64,000 nt of DNA from an uncultured Planctomycetaceae bacterium (GCA_963815195.1 CAWFGE010000023.1:416001-480000), one strand, 5' to 3'; counted from the first letter of the stretch, positions 10,885 to 21,396 are shown. The notes: generated by a model from the letters alone, not told the origin. Made by a program: numbers and translations.

Positions 10885-12786
10885 ATGAGTTTGACGAACG
10901 AACACGACACGCTGCCCCCGTCCCAAGATCCGGCTGTGGACGGCGGCGTGATCGAGCCGCCCCGCGGCTTTGGGGGCATCCTCAGAAAAATCGGGCCGGG
11001 CCTCATCATCGCGGGCAGCATCGTCGGTTCGGGGGAATTGATCGCCACGACCAAAACCGGCGCCCAGGCGGGGATTTCGCTGTTGTGGCTGATCATCATC
11101 GGCTGCCTGATTAAAGTCTTCGTGCAGATCGAACTCGGCCGATATACGATCACCCACGGCGAAACCACCCTCTCCGCGCTCGACCGCGTGCCCGGGCCCC
11201 GGCTTCGCGTGAACTTCATCATCTGGTTCTGGCTGGCGATGATGCTCTCCGGCGTCGCCCAGTTGGGCGGGATCGTGGGCGGCGTGGGACAGTCGCTGGC
11301 GCTGTCCGTGCCCATCACCGGCGATTATCTTTCCGCCATCGAAGTCCCTTCCGAAAAAGAGATCAAAAAATACCTCACCTGGAGCGATGTGCTGCTCTCG
11401 TCCTGGGATTTCCAGCGGTACGAAGACTGGCCCCTTGGCAGCGAATCCAACGTGCCGCCAAAGAGCATGACGGAAGAGGAATGGACCTGGACCGAACATC
11501 GCCTGGAAGCGAAGCAGGCCCGGTTGGAAATGCTCCGGCTCAAGGGCCTCGATCAACTCAACGAAATCAACCGCCAAGCCCTCAAAGATTTTGAGGCTTC
11601 AGCCTTTGAACCCGGCTCTTCCGAGAAAAAACGGCAGGATTTGCTTAAGGAACTCACGCCCGGCGGCCGGCGGCGATTGATCCGTGGCCACGCCGTGTTG
11701 GGCGAGCAACTGCGGGAGTTGGATCGAGACGATTACCGCGCCACCAAAGCCGTGATGGCCGTCGATCAAGACGCCGAGAACGTGGACGAGCTTCTCGAAC
11801 CCCCGACGGTCGATGACAAATACTGGGCCCTGTTTGTGACGCTGCTCACGATGGCTTTGCTCTACCGCGGGCGGTACGGGCTGATTCAAAACATCTCGCT
11901 GGTCTTAGTGGTTTCGTTTACCTTCATCACGCTGGGCAACGTCGTATCGCTGCAGGCGTCGAAGCCGTTTCACATCTCGGCCGACCAGTTCGTCCGCGGC
12001 GTGTCCTTTGGCTTGCCCCGCGCGATCGGCGACATCAACCCCTTGGCCACCGCGCTCGCGGCGTTCGGGATCATCGGGGTGGGGGCGTCGGAACTCATCA
12101 CCTATCCCTACTGGTGTCTGGAGAAAGGCTACGCCAAGTTCACCGGCCGCCGCTGCGAGGGTGACGCGTGGGCCAGGCGGGCGCGGGGTTGGATGCGGGT
12201 GATGCACGTCGATGCATTTCTGTCGATGATCGTTTACACCGTCGCGACGCTGGCGTTTTTCATCATGGGCGTCGCGGTGCTTTATAACGAAGGCCGGGAT
12301 CCGGACGGAATGCGAATGGTGAGCACGCTCGCCACCGCCTATGTGCCGGTGTTCGGCGAGTACGCCCGCTGGCTGTTTTTGATCGGAGCGGTGGCGGTCC
12401 TGTATTCCACGTTCCTCGTCGCCACCGCGGGGAACGCGCGGATGTGGACCGACGGCCTCAAAATCTTCGGGCTGATGGACCACCATAACGAAAAACTGCA
12501 CGACCGCTCGATCGTGATCTTCAGCCTGCTGATTCCCGTGTTGTGCCTCGCCTCGTTTTGGAGCGGCATCAACCCCGTGACCGCGGTGCTCATCGCCGGC
12601 TTTATGCAGGCCACCATGCTGCCTTTGATCGGTTTCGGGGCCTTGTATCTCCGCTACACAAGGACCGACCCCCGCCTGAAGCCTTCCGCCGCCTGGGACG
12701 CAGCCCTCGTCCTCTCCTGCATCGGCCTGCTCATCACCGGCGCCTGGGGCGCGATCCAGCAGATTCTCAAAGCCTTCGGGAGCTGA
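10885..12786 (+). CDS. Nramp-like (APC superfamily) divalent cation/solute transporter
   Basis: IGPGLIIAGSIVGSGELI TM1 motif, YPYWCLEKGY, about 11 TMs, large hydrophilic insertion. Confidence 0.85.
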   Translation: MSLTNEHDTLPPSQDPAVDGGVIEPPRGFGGILRKIGPGLIIAGSIVGSGELIATTKTGAQAGISLLWLIIIGCLIKVFVQIELGRYTITHGETTLSALDRVPGPRLRVNFIIWFWLAMMLSGVAQLGGIVGGVGQSLALSVPITGDYLSAIEVPSEKEIKKYLTWSDVLLSSWDFQRYEDWPLGSESNVPPKSMTEEEWTWTEHRLEAKQARLEMLRLKGLDQLNEINRQALKDFEASAFEPGSSEKKRQDLLKELTPGGRRRLIRGHAVLGEQLRELDRDDYRATKAVMAVDQDAENVDELLEPPTVDDKYWALFVTLLTMALLYRGRYGLIQNISLVLVVSFTFITLGNVVSLQASKPFHISADQFVRGVSFGLPRAIGDINPLATALAAFGIIGVGASELITYPYWCLEKGYAKFTGRRCEGDAWARRARGWMRVMHVDAFLSMIVYTVATLAFFIMGVAVLYNEGRDPDGMRMVSTLATAYVPVFGEYARWLFLIGAVAVLYSTFLVATAGNARMWTDGLKIFGLMDHHNEKLHDRSIVIFSLLIPVLCLASFWSGINPVTAVLIAGFMQATMLPLIGFGALYLRYTRTDPRLKPSAAWDAALVLSCIGLLITGAWGAIQQILKAFGS

Positions 12787-12845
12787 ATCCCCGTTCGCGA
12801 TTTTGCGTGATCCCACGGCGGACCATTCGAAATCCGAATCGATGC

Positions 12846-14231
12846 TTACGGATTCGTGGTCAGAAACCGCATGCGTTTGTGCACGTCGACGTTGATGCTT
12901 TGATACCGGCTGGTCACGTTGCTGGGGCTGAACAGGTTCGTGCGGATGTATTCCACGTCGCCGGTGCCGATGGCGTTGGTGAAAATCGGCAGCAAAAACT
13001 CGACGCCGAGTTTGGACGGCTGAAAGCGATGGGCATCGTAAAACAGCGGATGCAGGGCGCGGGGATGGATGGTGTTCCAGCGGTCGCGGAGCTTGTTCGC
13101 GTTGATGGAATCCATCGTGAACCCCTTGGCGCGGGACCATTGCAGCGTGGCGATGTAGTTGTTTTGATGCTGGAGCAAAAGATCGACCGCCGTCCCGCCC
13201 AACTGCGCCGCGTGAAAACGGTCGAAGCGGATCGGCCGCCCGCCGCGCTGCGTGTGGCCGACTTTCCGCGTGAAGATGGCCGAGGCGGCGTTTTCGTGCC
13301 GGCGCTTGCTCTTGAAGAACATGTCGCCGAGTTGCCGGGCGAGGATCGATTTGAGCGACTCGGCCGCCCCGCTGAACATGATGTTTCCCGCGGGGTCGCG
13401 GGATGAGGACATGGCCCCCAGCGGCATTCCTTTGTCATCCGTCACGCCTTCGCCCACGACGATCACCGCGTGCTTCTGCAAGTCGTAAAGCTCGCGGACC
13501 CGCGATTCCAAAGCGGCCATGTTGATGGGCACTTCGGGGATGAGAATAATGTCCGGCTGGCCGTAAGCCGACCCCAAGGCGATGTAGCCCGACTGCCGGC
13601 CCATGACTTCCACGATCGCGATCCGGCGGTGGCTCTCGGCGGTCGTCCGCACCCGCTGAATGCCCTCGGCCACAACCATCACGGCGGTCGCATAGCCGGG
13701 CGTCGCGTAGTTGATGAGTTCTTCCAGGTCCAGGTCGCTGCGGGATTCCGAGCGGCGGTAGGCCGGCTCGCCGTCGGGTTGGACTTCGCGGATCCATTCG
13801 TTGGGTTCTTCGAGGTAATTGAGACCCAGATCGTTGTCGATCGTCTTGGGGGCGAGCACGCAGGGGAAAAACTCGGACAGAGGCTGCATCCCGTTGATCG
13901 TCCCATCGCCGCCGATGCAAATCAATCCCTCGATTTTGAGGCGGTCGAGTCGCCGGGTGACTTCTTTGAGTTCTTCGGTGTGCTCGGGATCGATGTAGGT
14001 TCGCGACGCCCCCAGAATCGTGCCGCCCAAACAGGGATCGAGTTCCGGAATGGTGGTAAACAAAGGATTCAGCGGAACGTGCGGGACGCGGGGGTCCACC
14101 ATGCCGCCGAAGCCTTTCACGATCCCGTAGATTTCGATATCCAACTGGTTCGCCCGTTGGACGGCACCGTAAATGGTGGCGTTGAGCGCGGGGGTGTCTC
14201 CCCCGGCGGTCAGAATCGCGATCCGTTTCAT
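12846..14231 (-). CDS. pfkA: 6-phosphofructokinase (PfkA family)
   Basis: ILTAGGDTPALNA, GGTILG, IGGDGT, PKTIDND, VEVMGRQSGYIAL, GHTQRGG. Confidence 0.92.
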   Translation of the reverse strand: MKRIAILTAGGDTPALNATIYGAVQRANQLDIEIYGIVKGFGGMVDPRVPHVPLNPLFTTIPELDPCLGGTILGASRTYIDPEHTEELKEVTRRLDRLKIEGLICIGGDGTINGMQPLSEFFPCVLAPKTIDNDLGLNYLEEPNEWIREVQPDGEPAYRRSESRSDLDLEELINYATPGYATAVMVVAEGIQRVRTTAESHRRIAIVEVMGRQSGYIALGSAYGQPDIILIPEVPINMAALESRVRELYDLQKHAVIVVGEGVTDDKGMPLGAMSSSRDPAGNIMFSGAAESLKSILARQLGDMFFKSKRRHENAASAIFTRKVGHTQRGGRPIRFDRFHAAQLGGTAVDLLLQHQNNYIATLQWSRAKGFTMDSINANKLRDRWNTIHPRALHPLFYDAHRFQPSKLGVEFLLPIFTNAIGTGDVEYIRTNLFSPSNVTSRYQSINVDVHKRMRFLTTNP

Positions 14232-14485
14232 GTCAGGCATCCTCGAAGGAGATTTCGAGCCGACTCGTCTTGAAGGCTCTTGGCAAACACAATATACCAA
14301 GGGAAGAACACCGGCCACAAAGCAGCAGGAGCACCCCGCACCGCGCCGATCCCGCCTTCCGGTTCGATGCCAGCGCCCTTCTGCTCTCGGCTCGTGCGTA
14401 TCGTGGCTTGTTCGCGCGTCCGCGGCAAGAGCGATCTGCTGAGTTTCCGGGCACGCCCGTCCATTCGACGATCGGAAGGAAGACC

Positions 14486-15703
14486 ATGAAAACCTACTTC
14501 GGATATTTCTGCTCGGCCTTGCTGGGAGGCTGTTTTGCCGCGTGGCTGACGCAAGCCGGCCCCGTGACGGAAATCTCGGCCCAGGTCAATTCCAACCCGC
14601 CAGGGGCCAAGGCAAACCAGGGGCCGAACCTTCCCAATCTTCCGGCGCGCCCCGATTTCCAAGCCCCTAAAACGCCGCCGCGCGACCCGGCCCAAACGCC
14701 TGATGCGCTCCCGCTTCCCAACGACGGTTTAACGCGGGAAGAGGTGATCAACGTGGCGGTCTATGAAAACTGCAACCGCTCCGTCGTGAACATCACCACG
14801 CAAGGCGTTCGCGCCGACGGGTTCTTTGTGATGGAAATGCCGGCGAAGGGCAGCGGCTCCGGCGTGGTCCTCGATCAGGCCGGGCACATTCTCACGAACT
14901 ATCATGTCGTCGAAGACGCCGGACAGGTGGAGGTCACGTTGTTCGATGGCAAATCGTTTGCGGCAAACGTGATCGGGGCCGACCCGATCAACGATTTGGC
15001 TGTCTTGCAGATCGACGCCCCCAAAACCGTGCTGTTTCCCACCACCTTCGGCGATTCCAACATTCTCCAGGTCGGGATGAAGGTCTTCGCCATCGGGAAT
15101 CCTTTCGGCCTCGAACGAACCATGACCACCGGCATCATCGCCAGCTTGAACCGCTCGCTGCAAGTGCGGGGCAACCGGTCGATCCGGGCGATCATTCAAA
15201 TCGACGCCGACATCAACCCCGGCAACTCCGGCGGGCCGCTGCTCAACGCCCGCGGACAACTCATCGGCTTGAACACCGCCATCGCGAGCCAGAACGGACA
15301 AAGCGCAGGCGTGGGTTTTGCGATTCCCGTGAACCTCGCCAAGCGCGTCGTGCCGCAGTTGATCCAGCACGGCCGCGTGATCCGTCCGGACATCGGCATT
15401 CAGCGGGTCTATGAAACCGAAAAGGGCCTGTTAATCGCCCGGCTCACGCCGAACGGTCCCGCCGAGAAAGCCAACCTCCGGGGTCCGAAGATCGTCCGCA
15501 GTCGCCGGGGCGTGTTCATTGTGGAGAACATCGACCGCAGCGCCGCGGATTTGATCGTCGCCGTGGACGGCAAGAAGGTGGAATCGACGGACGATTTTCT
15601 GAGGTACATCGAATCGCAAAAAATCGGCCAACAGGTGGAACTGACCGTCATCCGCGAAGGCCGCCGAATTGCTGTGCCTGTGACGCTCGGCCAGAGTGAA
15701 TAG
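14486..15703 (+). CDS. HtrA/DegP-like S1C serine protease with PDZ domain
   Basis: LTNYHVV (His), DLAVL (Asp), INPGNSGGPL (Ser), C-terminal PDZ. Confidence 0.94.
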   Translation: MKTYFGYFCSALLGGCFAAWLTQAGPVTEISAQVNSNPPGAKANQGPNLPNLPARPDFQAPKTPPRDPAQTPDALPLPNDGLTREEVINVAVYENCNRSVVNITTQGVRADGFFVMEMPAKGSGSGVVLDQAGHILTNYHVVEDAGQVEVTLFDGKSFAANVIGADPINDLAVLQIDAPKTVLFPTTFGDSNILQVGMKVFAIGNPFGLERTMTTGIIASLNRSLQVRGNRSIRAIIQIDADINPGNSGGPLLNARGQLIGLNTAIASQNGQSAGVGFAIPVNLAKRVVPQLIQHGRVIRPDIGIQRVYETEKGLLIARLTPNGPAEKANLRGPKIVRSRRGVFIVENIDRSAADLIVAVDGKKVESTDDFLRYIESQKIGQQVELTVIREGRRIAVPVTLGQSE

Positions 15704-15726
15704 CGGAGGAAAATCCGAATCGTGAT

Positions 15727-16120
15727 CTCGTTCCCAAGCTCCAGCTTGGGAACGCACTCGTCGCCAAGCTCTGCTTGGCAACGCGCGAATCAACGGGCGA
15801 GTCACATCCGGCAGTCCCGCGTAATTACGGGCGCTTGAATAGTGCCAGTGAATCGGATCATCGATGTAACCCCGATTTACGGGATTGAAATGCACGTACT
15901 CCAGTTTCTGCCACTTCACATGATCTGTTCGGATTTGTTTGGGTTTCGATCCTTCCTGCCAGAGGTGGTACGCCGAGTCTTTCTTGTGTGACAATTTCAA
16001 CCGGGCGAACTGATTCCAATCGTTGACAACTGAGTTTTTTTCAAAAGCGTTGATAGATCATGCACGTTGCGAAGCGGAGCTTCGCGAGAGTGCGTTCCCA
16101 AGCTGGAGCTTGGGAACGAG
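15727..16120. mobile_element. Internally deleted RAYT (REP-associated tyrosine transposase) cassette bounded by ~55-bp inverted repeats
   Basis: ctcgttcccaagctccagcttgggaacgcactc... at 15727-15782 and its near-identical inverse at 16066-16120 enclose a transposase C-terminal fragment. Confidence 0.8.
15800..16000 (-). pseudogene. C-terminal remnant of Y1/HUH REP-associated tyrosine transposase
   Basis: LWQEGSKPKQI...QKLEYVHFNPVNRGYIDDPIHWHYSSARNYAG; N-terminal HUH part absent. Confidence 0.85.
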
Positions 16121-16217
16121 GGGGAAAAACCTCTGTTGCATGGAACACGGAAAGCCGAAGGAGTGGGTTGTCACGCCTTCGGCTTTTTCGTGTGTTTTGT
16201 GGTAATTCAAACCAGGA

Positions 16218-17147
16218 CTACGCGGCGTGGGCGAGGCAGTCTAGATCTTCCGCGCAGAGGCGGTCGCGGGTGCCGGTTTCGGATTGGTCTCGCAGCCGCT
16301 TCAAACATTCGGCGAGCATCGGGAGTGCCGTGCCCACGGCCCGGCGGAAGCGGCCGGAGTTGAGCGAAGTTTCGCCCTGCCCGAAGCCGGTCTCGGATTG
16401 CGGCATGTGGTGAAACCGCGGGCGGGTCAGTTGAAATTCCTGCGCGAGGCGATGGGCAAAGTGCACGAAGTTGACCCGCTCGCTGCCGCCGATGTGATAC
16501 ACGCCTTCCAAGCCCCGGTCCCAGGCTTGGATCAAGAGTTCCGCAAACCGCGAGGCTTCGATGGGCGTGGCATAGTTCGCCGCCGGGACGGTCAGCCGCG
16601 ATTCCCCGGCCATCCGGTCGAGCAACGTTTCCAGCCAACCGCCTTCGGGGAGCGGACTCCAACCGAACACGTTGGTCCGCAAAACCAGGGCCGCGGGACA
16701 CGCCTTGAGCACTTGGGCTTCCATCCGGCGAATCGACTGCGCGGCGTCGGACTCGCAACAGCCGTTGCAGTCTTCTTCGTGGAACATCCACGGGCCGTGG
16801 AACACGGCATCGGTGGAAACCGCGATCAGCTTCGCGCCGGTTTCGGCGACGATCCGCGCCCAAAGGGCCGCCGATTGCAATCCGTCCCTGTCGAATTCGC
16901 TTTGATCCGCCAGCGACCAAAGCGGAACCGCGGCCGGTCCGCACAGCACCACCAAATCGGGCGAGGTCACCGCCAATTCGCGGCGAATGTCTTCGGCGGT
17001 CTCGGGAACGGCGTGGCGAATGTCACAGCCCGCGATATGGACGCCGTCCGCCTGCGAGAACCCCGTCACGCGATGATGATGAGAAAGGGTGGCTGCCAGG
17101 TTGCCCCCGGCAATGGTTTCCACGCCCACAACGAGAACACGTTTCAT
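16218..17147 (-). CDS. RmlD-like sugar-nucleotide-binding SDR protein, degenerate motifs
   Basis: LIAVSTDAVFHG, LVLRTNVFG, GVYHIGGSERVN resemble dTDP-4-dehydrorhamnose reductase. Confidence 0.8.
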   Translation of the reverse strand: MKRVLVVGVETIAGGNLAATLSHHHRVTGFSQADGVHIAGCDIRHAVPETAEDIRRELAVTSPDLVVLCGPAAVPLWSLADQSEFDRDGLQSAALWARIVAETGAKLIAVSTDAVFHGPWMFHEEDCNGCCESDAAQSIRRMEAQVLKACPAALVLRTNVFGWSPLPEGGWLETLLDRMAGESRLTVPAANYATPIEASRFAELLIQAWDRGLEGVYHIGGSERVNFVHFAHRLAQEFQLTRPRFHHMPQSETGFGQGETSLNSGRFRRAVGTALPMLAECLKRLRDQSETGTRDRLCAEDLDCLAHAA

Positions 17148-17383
17148 AAGTCGCCTCCCTGCAGAGTTTGAAAGGGGAGTTCGTTCCACGAACTCCCGGA
17201 AATCTTAAACGAAATCCGCCGAAATATATTCCAACGTCCCGTGCGGCGACAAGCCCAGTTTGCCCAGTTTTCCCGGCGTCAGTACGCGGAAACCAGAAAC
17301 GAAGCGGCGTGTTTCTGGTAATTCCAGAAGGGTTCCGCTACCGTGGCGACCGAGATAGGATATTATTGCTGCACGGAGTTTTT

Positions 17384-17689
17384 GTGGAAAAATCCGAAAA
17401 TCCTGCCGATCTGTTGAACTCTGTTTGCGATGAAGAAACGTTGCTCACGTTTGTCGAAGCGTTGATCGGCGATCGCGAAGAGCAGGTGCGAGAACAACCG
17501 GACGGCCCGCCGGCGCACTATCAAGGTCAGGGAAGCCGCGGATGGTACAATCATACGATTGAGGGTTTCTTAGAGGCAGCGGCGGCCTGGGGACGAAGCA
17601 CCCAGATGGGCAAAACGCAGACGATGGAAAACGACTCGCCCTGGAAACGTTTTGCCGTGTTTCTCTATTGCGGCAAGATTTACGAGTGA
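17384..17689 (+). CDS. Small conserved hypothetical protein, DUF7660-like
   Basis: GTG start after GGAG; WYNHTIEGFLEAAAAW and C-terminal WKRFAVFLYCGKIYE. Confidence 0.65.
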   Translation: MEKSENPADLLNSVCDEETLLTFVEALIGDREEQVREQPDGPPAHYQGQGSRGWYNHTIEGFLEAAAAWGRSTQMGKTQTMENDSPWKRFAVFLYCGKIYE

Positions 17690-17692
17690 ATC

Positions 17693-18187
17693 ATGAGCGA
17701 AGACGAATCGCCCTGGGTGGGGATTATTATGGGCAGCAAGTCGGATTGGGAGACCATGCGGCTTGCGGCGGAGGTGCTGGAAGGCTTCGGCGTGCCGCAC
17801 GAATGCCGGGTCGTCTCGGCCCACCGCACACCGGAATGGATGGTCGAATACGCCAAGACCGCCGAAGGCCGGGGCCTCGAAGTCCTGATCGCCGGGGCGG
17901 GCGGCGCAGCGCATCTGCCGGGGATGGTGGCTTCGCTGACATTGCTGCCGGTGCTCGGCGTCCCGGTGAAAAGCCGGGCGCTGTCCGGATTGGATTCGCT
18001 GCTTTCGATCGTGCAAATGCCCGGCGGCGTGCCCGTGGGGACCTTGGCGATCGGTGATTCCGGTGCGAAGAACGCGGCACTGTTGGCAGTGCGAATCCTG
18101 GCGAACCATCACCCCGAACTGCGGGACAAACTGCGAACCTTCCACCAAGAGCAAACCGACAACGTTTTGGGCGATTCCGAATTATGA
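17693..18187 (+). CDS. purE: N5-CAIR mutase
   Basis: [41 protein letters not shown]. Confidence 0.97.
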   Translation: MSEDESPWVGIIMGSKSDWETMRLAAEVLEGFGVPHECRVVSAHRTPEWMVEYAKTAEGRGLEVLIAGAGGAAHLPGMVASLTLLPVLGVPVKSRALSGLDSLLSIVQMPGGVPVGTLAIGDSGAKNAALLAVRILANHHPELRDKLRTFHQEQTDNVLGDSEL

Positions 18188-19326
18188 GCGAAGTCATCCT
18201 ACCGGGTTCCACGCTCGGCGTGTTGGGCAGCGGGCAGTTGGGGCGGATGTTCGCGATCGCGGCCCGGCGGCTGGGCTACCGTGTGCATGTCCTGTCCCCC
18301 GATACCGACACGCCCACAGGCCAGGTCGCGGACGTGGAAATCAAAGCCGACTATCGAGACCTGGAAAAGGTCGCGGACTTCGCCCGGCGGGTCAGCGTGG
18401 TCACATTTGAATTTGAAAATGTCCCGGCCGAGACCACCGAAGTCGCCGCGAAATATGCCCCGGTGCGTCCCGGCGGCGATGTGTTGCACACGTCGCAAAA
18501 TCGGCTGAGGGAGAAAACGACGCTCCAAACCGCGGGTCTGCCGGTCACGGCGTTCGCCGCCGTCCGCTCGGCCCTCGAACTGGAATCGGCCCTGGAAAAA
18601 CTCGGCTGCCCCGCGGTTCTCAAAACCGCCGCCTGGGGCTACGACGGCAAAGGACAAACCGTGATCCGCGACCGCGCCGCCGCCGAGACCGGCTGGAAGG
18701 AACTTCGCACGGACGAAGCGATTCTCGAAACGCTCATCGATTTCGAACGGGAACTCTCCGTGGTCGGAGCGCGGGGACGGGACGGCTCGTTCGTGTTCTA
18801 CGGGCCGATGGAAAATCGTCACGAAAACCACATTCTCGACGTGTCCCTCTGCCCGGCGGAATTGCCCGAAAACGTGGTCCGCGACGCCGAGGAGATCACC
18901 CGCAGCGTGTTCGAGCGGTTGAGCGTGGTCGGCGTGTTGTGCGTGGAGTTTTTCCTGACGCGGGACGGGCGGCTGTTGATCAACGAGTTGGCCCCTCGGC
19001 CGCACAACTCCGGTCATCTCACCGTCGATGCCCACGTAACCTGCCAGTTCGAGCAGCAAGTGCGCGCCGTGTGCGGATTGCCTTTGGGATCGACCGAACA
19101 AACACGGCCCGCGGTGATGGCGAACCTTTTAGGCGATCTCTGGCAACAGGGCGAACCAGACTGGTCCGCCGCCCTTTCGCATCCCGCGGTGAAACTGCAT
19201 CTCTACGGCAAACAGGAGCCGCGCCCGGGCCGCAAAATGGGCCACCTCACCGCGCTCGCTCCCACGCGGGAAGCCGCCTTGGAACATGCCCTCGCCGCAA
19301 GAGCGGCTCTTTCGACGGAACGCTGA
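18184..19326 (+). CDS. purK: N5-CAIR synthase
   Basis: [40 protein letters not shown]; overlaps purE. Confidence 0.97.
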   Translation: MSEVILPGSTLGVLGSGQLGRMFAIAARRLGYRVHVLSPDTDTPTGQVADVEIKADYRDLEKVADFARRVSVVTFEFENVPAETTEVAAKYAPVRPGGDVLHTSQNRLREKTTLQTAGLPVTAFAAVRSALELESALEKLGCPAVLKTAAWGYDGKGQTVIRDRAAAETGWKELRTDEAILETLIDFERELSVVGARGRDGSFVFYGPMENRHENHILDVSLCPAELPENVVRDAEEITRSVFERLSVVGVLCVEFFLTRDGRLLINELAPRPHNSGHLTVDAHVTCQFEQQVRAVCGLPLGSTEQTRPAVMANLLGDLWQQGEPDWSAALSHPAVKLHLYGKQEPRPGRKMGHLTALAPTREAALEHALAARAALSTER

Positions 19327-19363
19327 AAGATCGTCCGCCGGACGGGGCAGGATTTCGGCGGCT

Positions 19364-19372
19364 TGCTATAAT
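19364..19372 (+). promoter_or_regulatory. Extended -10 promoter upstream of ubiE
   Basis: TGcTATAAT about 60 bp before the start codon. Confidence 0.45.
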
Positions 19373-19430
19373 TCCAGAGATGGCAAATCGCAAATTGGCA
19401 AGGGACGATATTTGACCTGGGGCGGATGTT

Positions 19431-20222
19431 GTGACGGTTGATAAATCGGAAAAACGCATTCAGGAGATGTTCGGGGAAATCTCGCCGCGCTACGATTTCC
19501 TGAACCATTTTCTTTCCGGCGGCACGGATTACTATTGGCGGTGGCGGGCGGTGCGGGCGGTGCCCCCGGGCGAGGGGCCGATTTTGGATGTGTGCACCGG
19601 CACAGGGGACTTGGGAATCGCCTATTGGAAAAAAGCCCGCGGACGCGTGCCGGTCGTGGGCAGCGACTTTACGCGGGAAATGCTTGTGCTCGCGCGGGCC
19701 AAGTCCGCCCGGCACACGAAACCGGCCGCCGCGCCTATAAACTTCGTAGCCGCCGACACCCAGCGGCTTCCGTTTGCGGAGGATGAGTTCCAAATCGTCT
19801 CGGTCGCCTTTGGACTCCGAAACGTCACGCACACCGGGCAAGGCCTCGCCGAGATGGTCCGCGTGTGCCGGCCCGGCGGGCGGGTGCTGGTTTTGGAATT
19901 CTCCATGCCGCGGAACCCAATCCTCGGCAGGCTCTACCGCTGGTACTTTCGAAACATCCTGCCCCGCCTCGGCCAGTTCTTCTCCCGCAATCGGCAGTCG
20001 GCCTACAACTATCTGCCCGAGTCGGTCTCGGAATTCCCCCACGGCCGGGCGCTCGCCGACCTCATGGAAGCCGCCGGCTTGGAGCATGTCGTCTTTAAGC
20101 CGCTGACCTTCGGGATTGCCACGATGTACTGGGGCACGAAACCGCCGGCCGAGGAAAGAACAGGAGAAGAAGAGATCGGGAGAAGGGGAGAGCACGCGGC
20201 TCGGCTCGCCAAAAATTCATAA
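19431..20222 (+). CDS. ubiE: Demethylmenaquinone/ubiquinone methyltransferase UbiE/MenG
   Basis: MFGEISPRYDFLNH, LDVCTGTGD, AFGLRNV, AYNYLPESV. Confidence 0.93.
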   Translation: MTVDKSEKRIQEMFGEISPRYDFLNHFLSGGTDYYWRWRAVRAVPPGEGPILDVCTGTGDLGIAYWKKARGRVPVVGSDFTREMLVLARAKSARHTKPAAAPINFVAADTQRLPFAEDEFQIVSVAFGLRNVTHTGQGLAEMVRVCRPGGRVLVLEFSMPRNPILGRLYRWYFRNILPRLGQFFSRNRQSAYNYLPESVSEFPHGRALADLMEAAGLEHVVFKPLTFGIATMYWGTKPPAEERTGEEEIGRRGEHAARLAKNS

Positions 20223-20242
20223 CGAACAACGGACGCATTCCC

Positions 20243-20929
20243 ATGAATGATATTGTTTTGGCGATTACCGGGGCGAGCGGTTCGATTTATGCCCTCAGGC
20301 TGCTCGAAGTGCTGCTGGCGGCGGGGAGCAATGTGCAGCTCACCATCAGCCCGGCCGGGGTGGAAGTCCTCAAGCAGGAGTTGGACATCCAACTCGATTT
20401 GGACAACTTCGACGAATCCCAGTTGATGCCCACCGATGCCGACCTCGCGGCGGACAGCAAGCTCGCGGCCCTCAGGTCGTCGAGCGGCGACAGCAACGTG
20501 CTGAGTTCGGTCTTCAGCGAGAACGAAGTCACGCCGGGCCGATTGGTCTATCACCACTATCAGGATTTCTCCGCGGGGATTGCCAGCGGTTCGTTTTTGA
20601 CGGCGGGGATGGTCGTCTGCCCGTGCTCGATGGGCACGCTGGGTAGTTTGGCCAACGGGATTTCCTCGAACCTGATCCACCGCGCGGCGGACGTGCATTT
20701 GAAGGAACGCCGCAAGCTCATCGTCGTCCCCCGGGAAACGCCCTTGGGCAGCATTCAACTGGACAACATGAAACGCCTCGCCGACGCGGGCGCGGTGATC
20801 CTCCCCGCGATGCCCGGCTTCTATCATAACCCCGTGAGCATTCAGGACCTGGTCGATTTCGTCGTGGGCCGCATCTGCGACCAACTCGGCATCGCCCAAG
20901 ACCTGTTCCACCGCTGGGGCCAAAGGTAA
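20243..20929 (+). CDS. ubiX: Flavin prenyltransferase UbiX
   Basis: AITGASG, IASGS, PCSMGTL, RAADVHLKERRKL..VPRETP, PAMPGFY. Confidence 0.95.
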   Translation: MNDIVLAITGASGSIYALRLLEVLLAAGSNVQLTISPAGVEVLKQELDIQLDLDNFDESQLMPTDADLAADSKLAALRSSSGDSNVLSSVFSENEVTPGRLVYHHYQDFSAGIASGSFLTAGMVVCPCSMGTLGSLANGISSNLIHRAADVHLKERRKLIVVPRETPLGSIQLDNMKRLADAGAVILPAMPGFYHNPVSIQDLVDFVVGRICDQLGIAQDLFHRWGQR

Positions 20930-21396
20930 TGTCGATCTGCCCCATGTGCGGCCACGCGGTGAGCGAAGGCCGACACCGCTGCCCGAACTGCGGCGAACAA
21001 AGGGAACTCACGGTTGCGGCGTTGGCGGTTGTCGTTCCTTGCATTTGGAAATTGAGATCAGCGAGCATTGCCAATTGTCTTGGCGTCGTGCCTGTCGCGG
21101 GGAGCTTCGGTTCGCTTTGCTTTTTCACGTTTCTCAATCGCTTGTCGCGCTTCATTTATCGCAGGGATTTGGAGCGAACGCTGTTTGCAGCAACGGGGTT
21201 TTTCTTGATGAGCTACATCATCGGCCTGATTGCCCTTCCGCTCGCGATTCTTCGTGGCGAATCCTCTCAAGTCTGGATTTTAGGTGTTGTCTATTTTGCA
21301 TTGTTCATCCATTTGGTCGGATGGTTCCTTACGGTTCGACTGGTGAGTAAAATGCGCAGAGCGTTAAACCCGCTCTCAAAGAAGCGAGTTCCTTAG
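20929..21396 (+). CDS. Hypothetical zinc-ribbon membrane protein
   Basis: CPMC...CPNC followed by 3-4 hydrophobic helices; start overlaps ubiX stop; visibly AT-richer than neighbours. Confidence 0.55.
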   Translation: MSICPMCGHAVSEGRHRCPNCGEQRELTVAALAVVVPCIWKLRSASIANCLGVVPVAGSFGSLCFFTFLNRLSRFIYRRDLERTLFAATGFFLMSYIIGLIALPLAILRGESSQVWILGVVYFALFIHLVGWFLTVRLVSKMRRALNPLSKKRVP

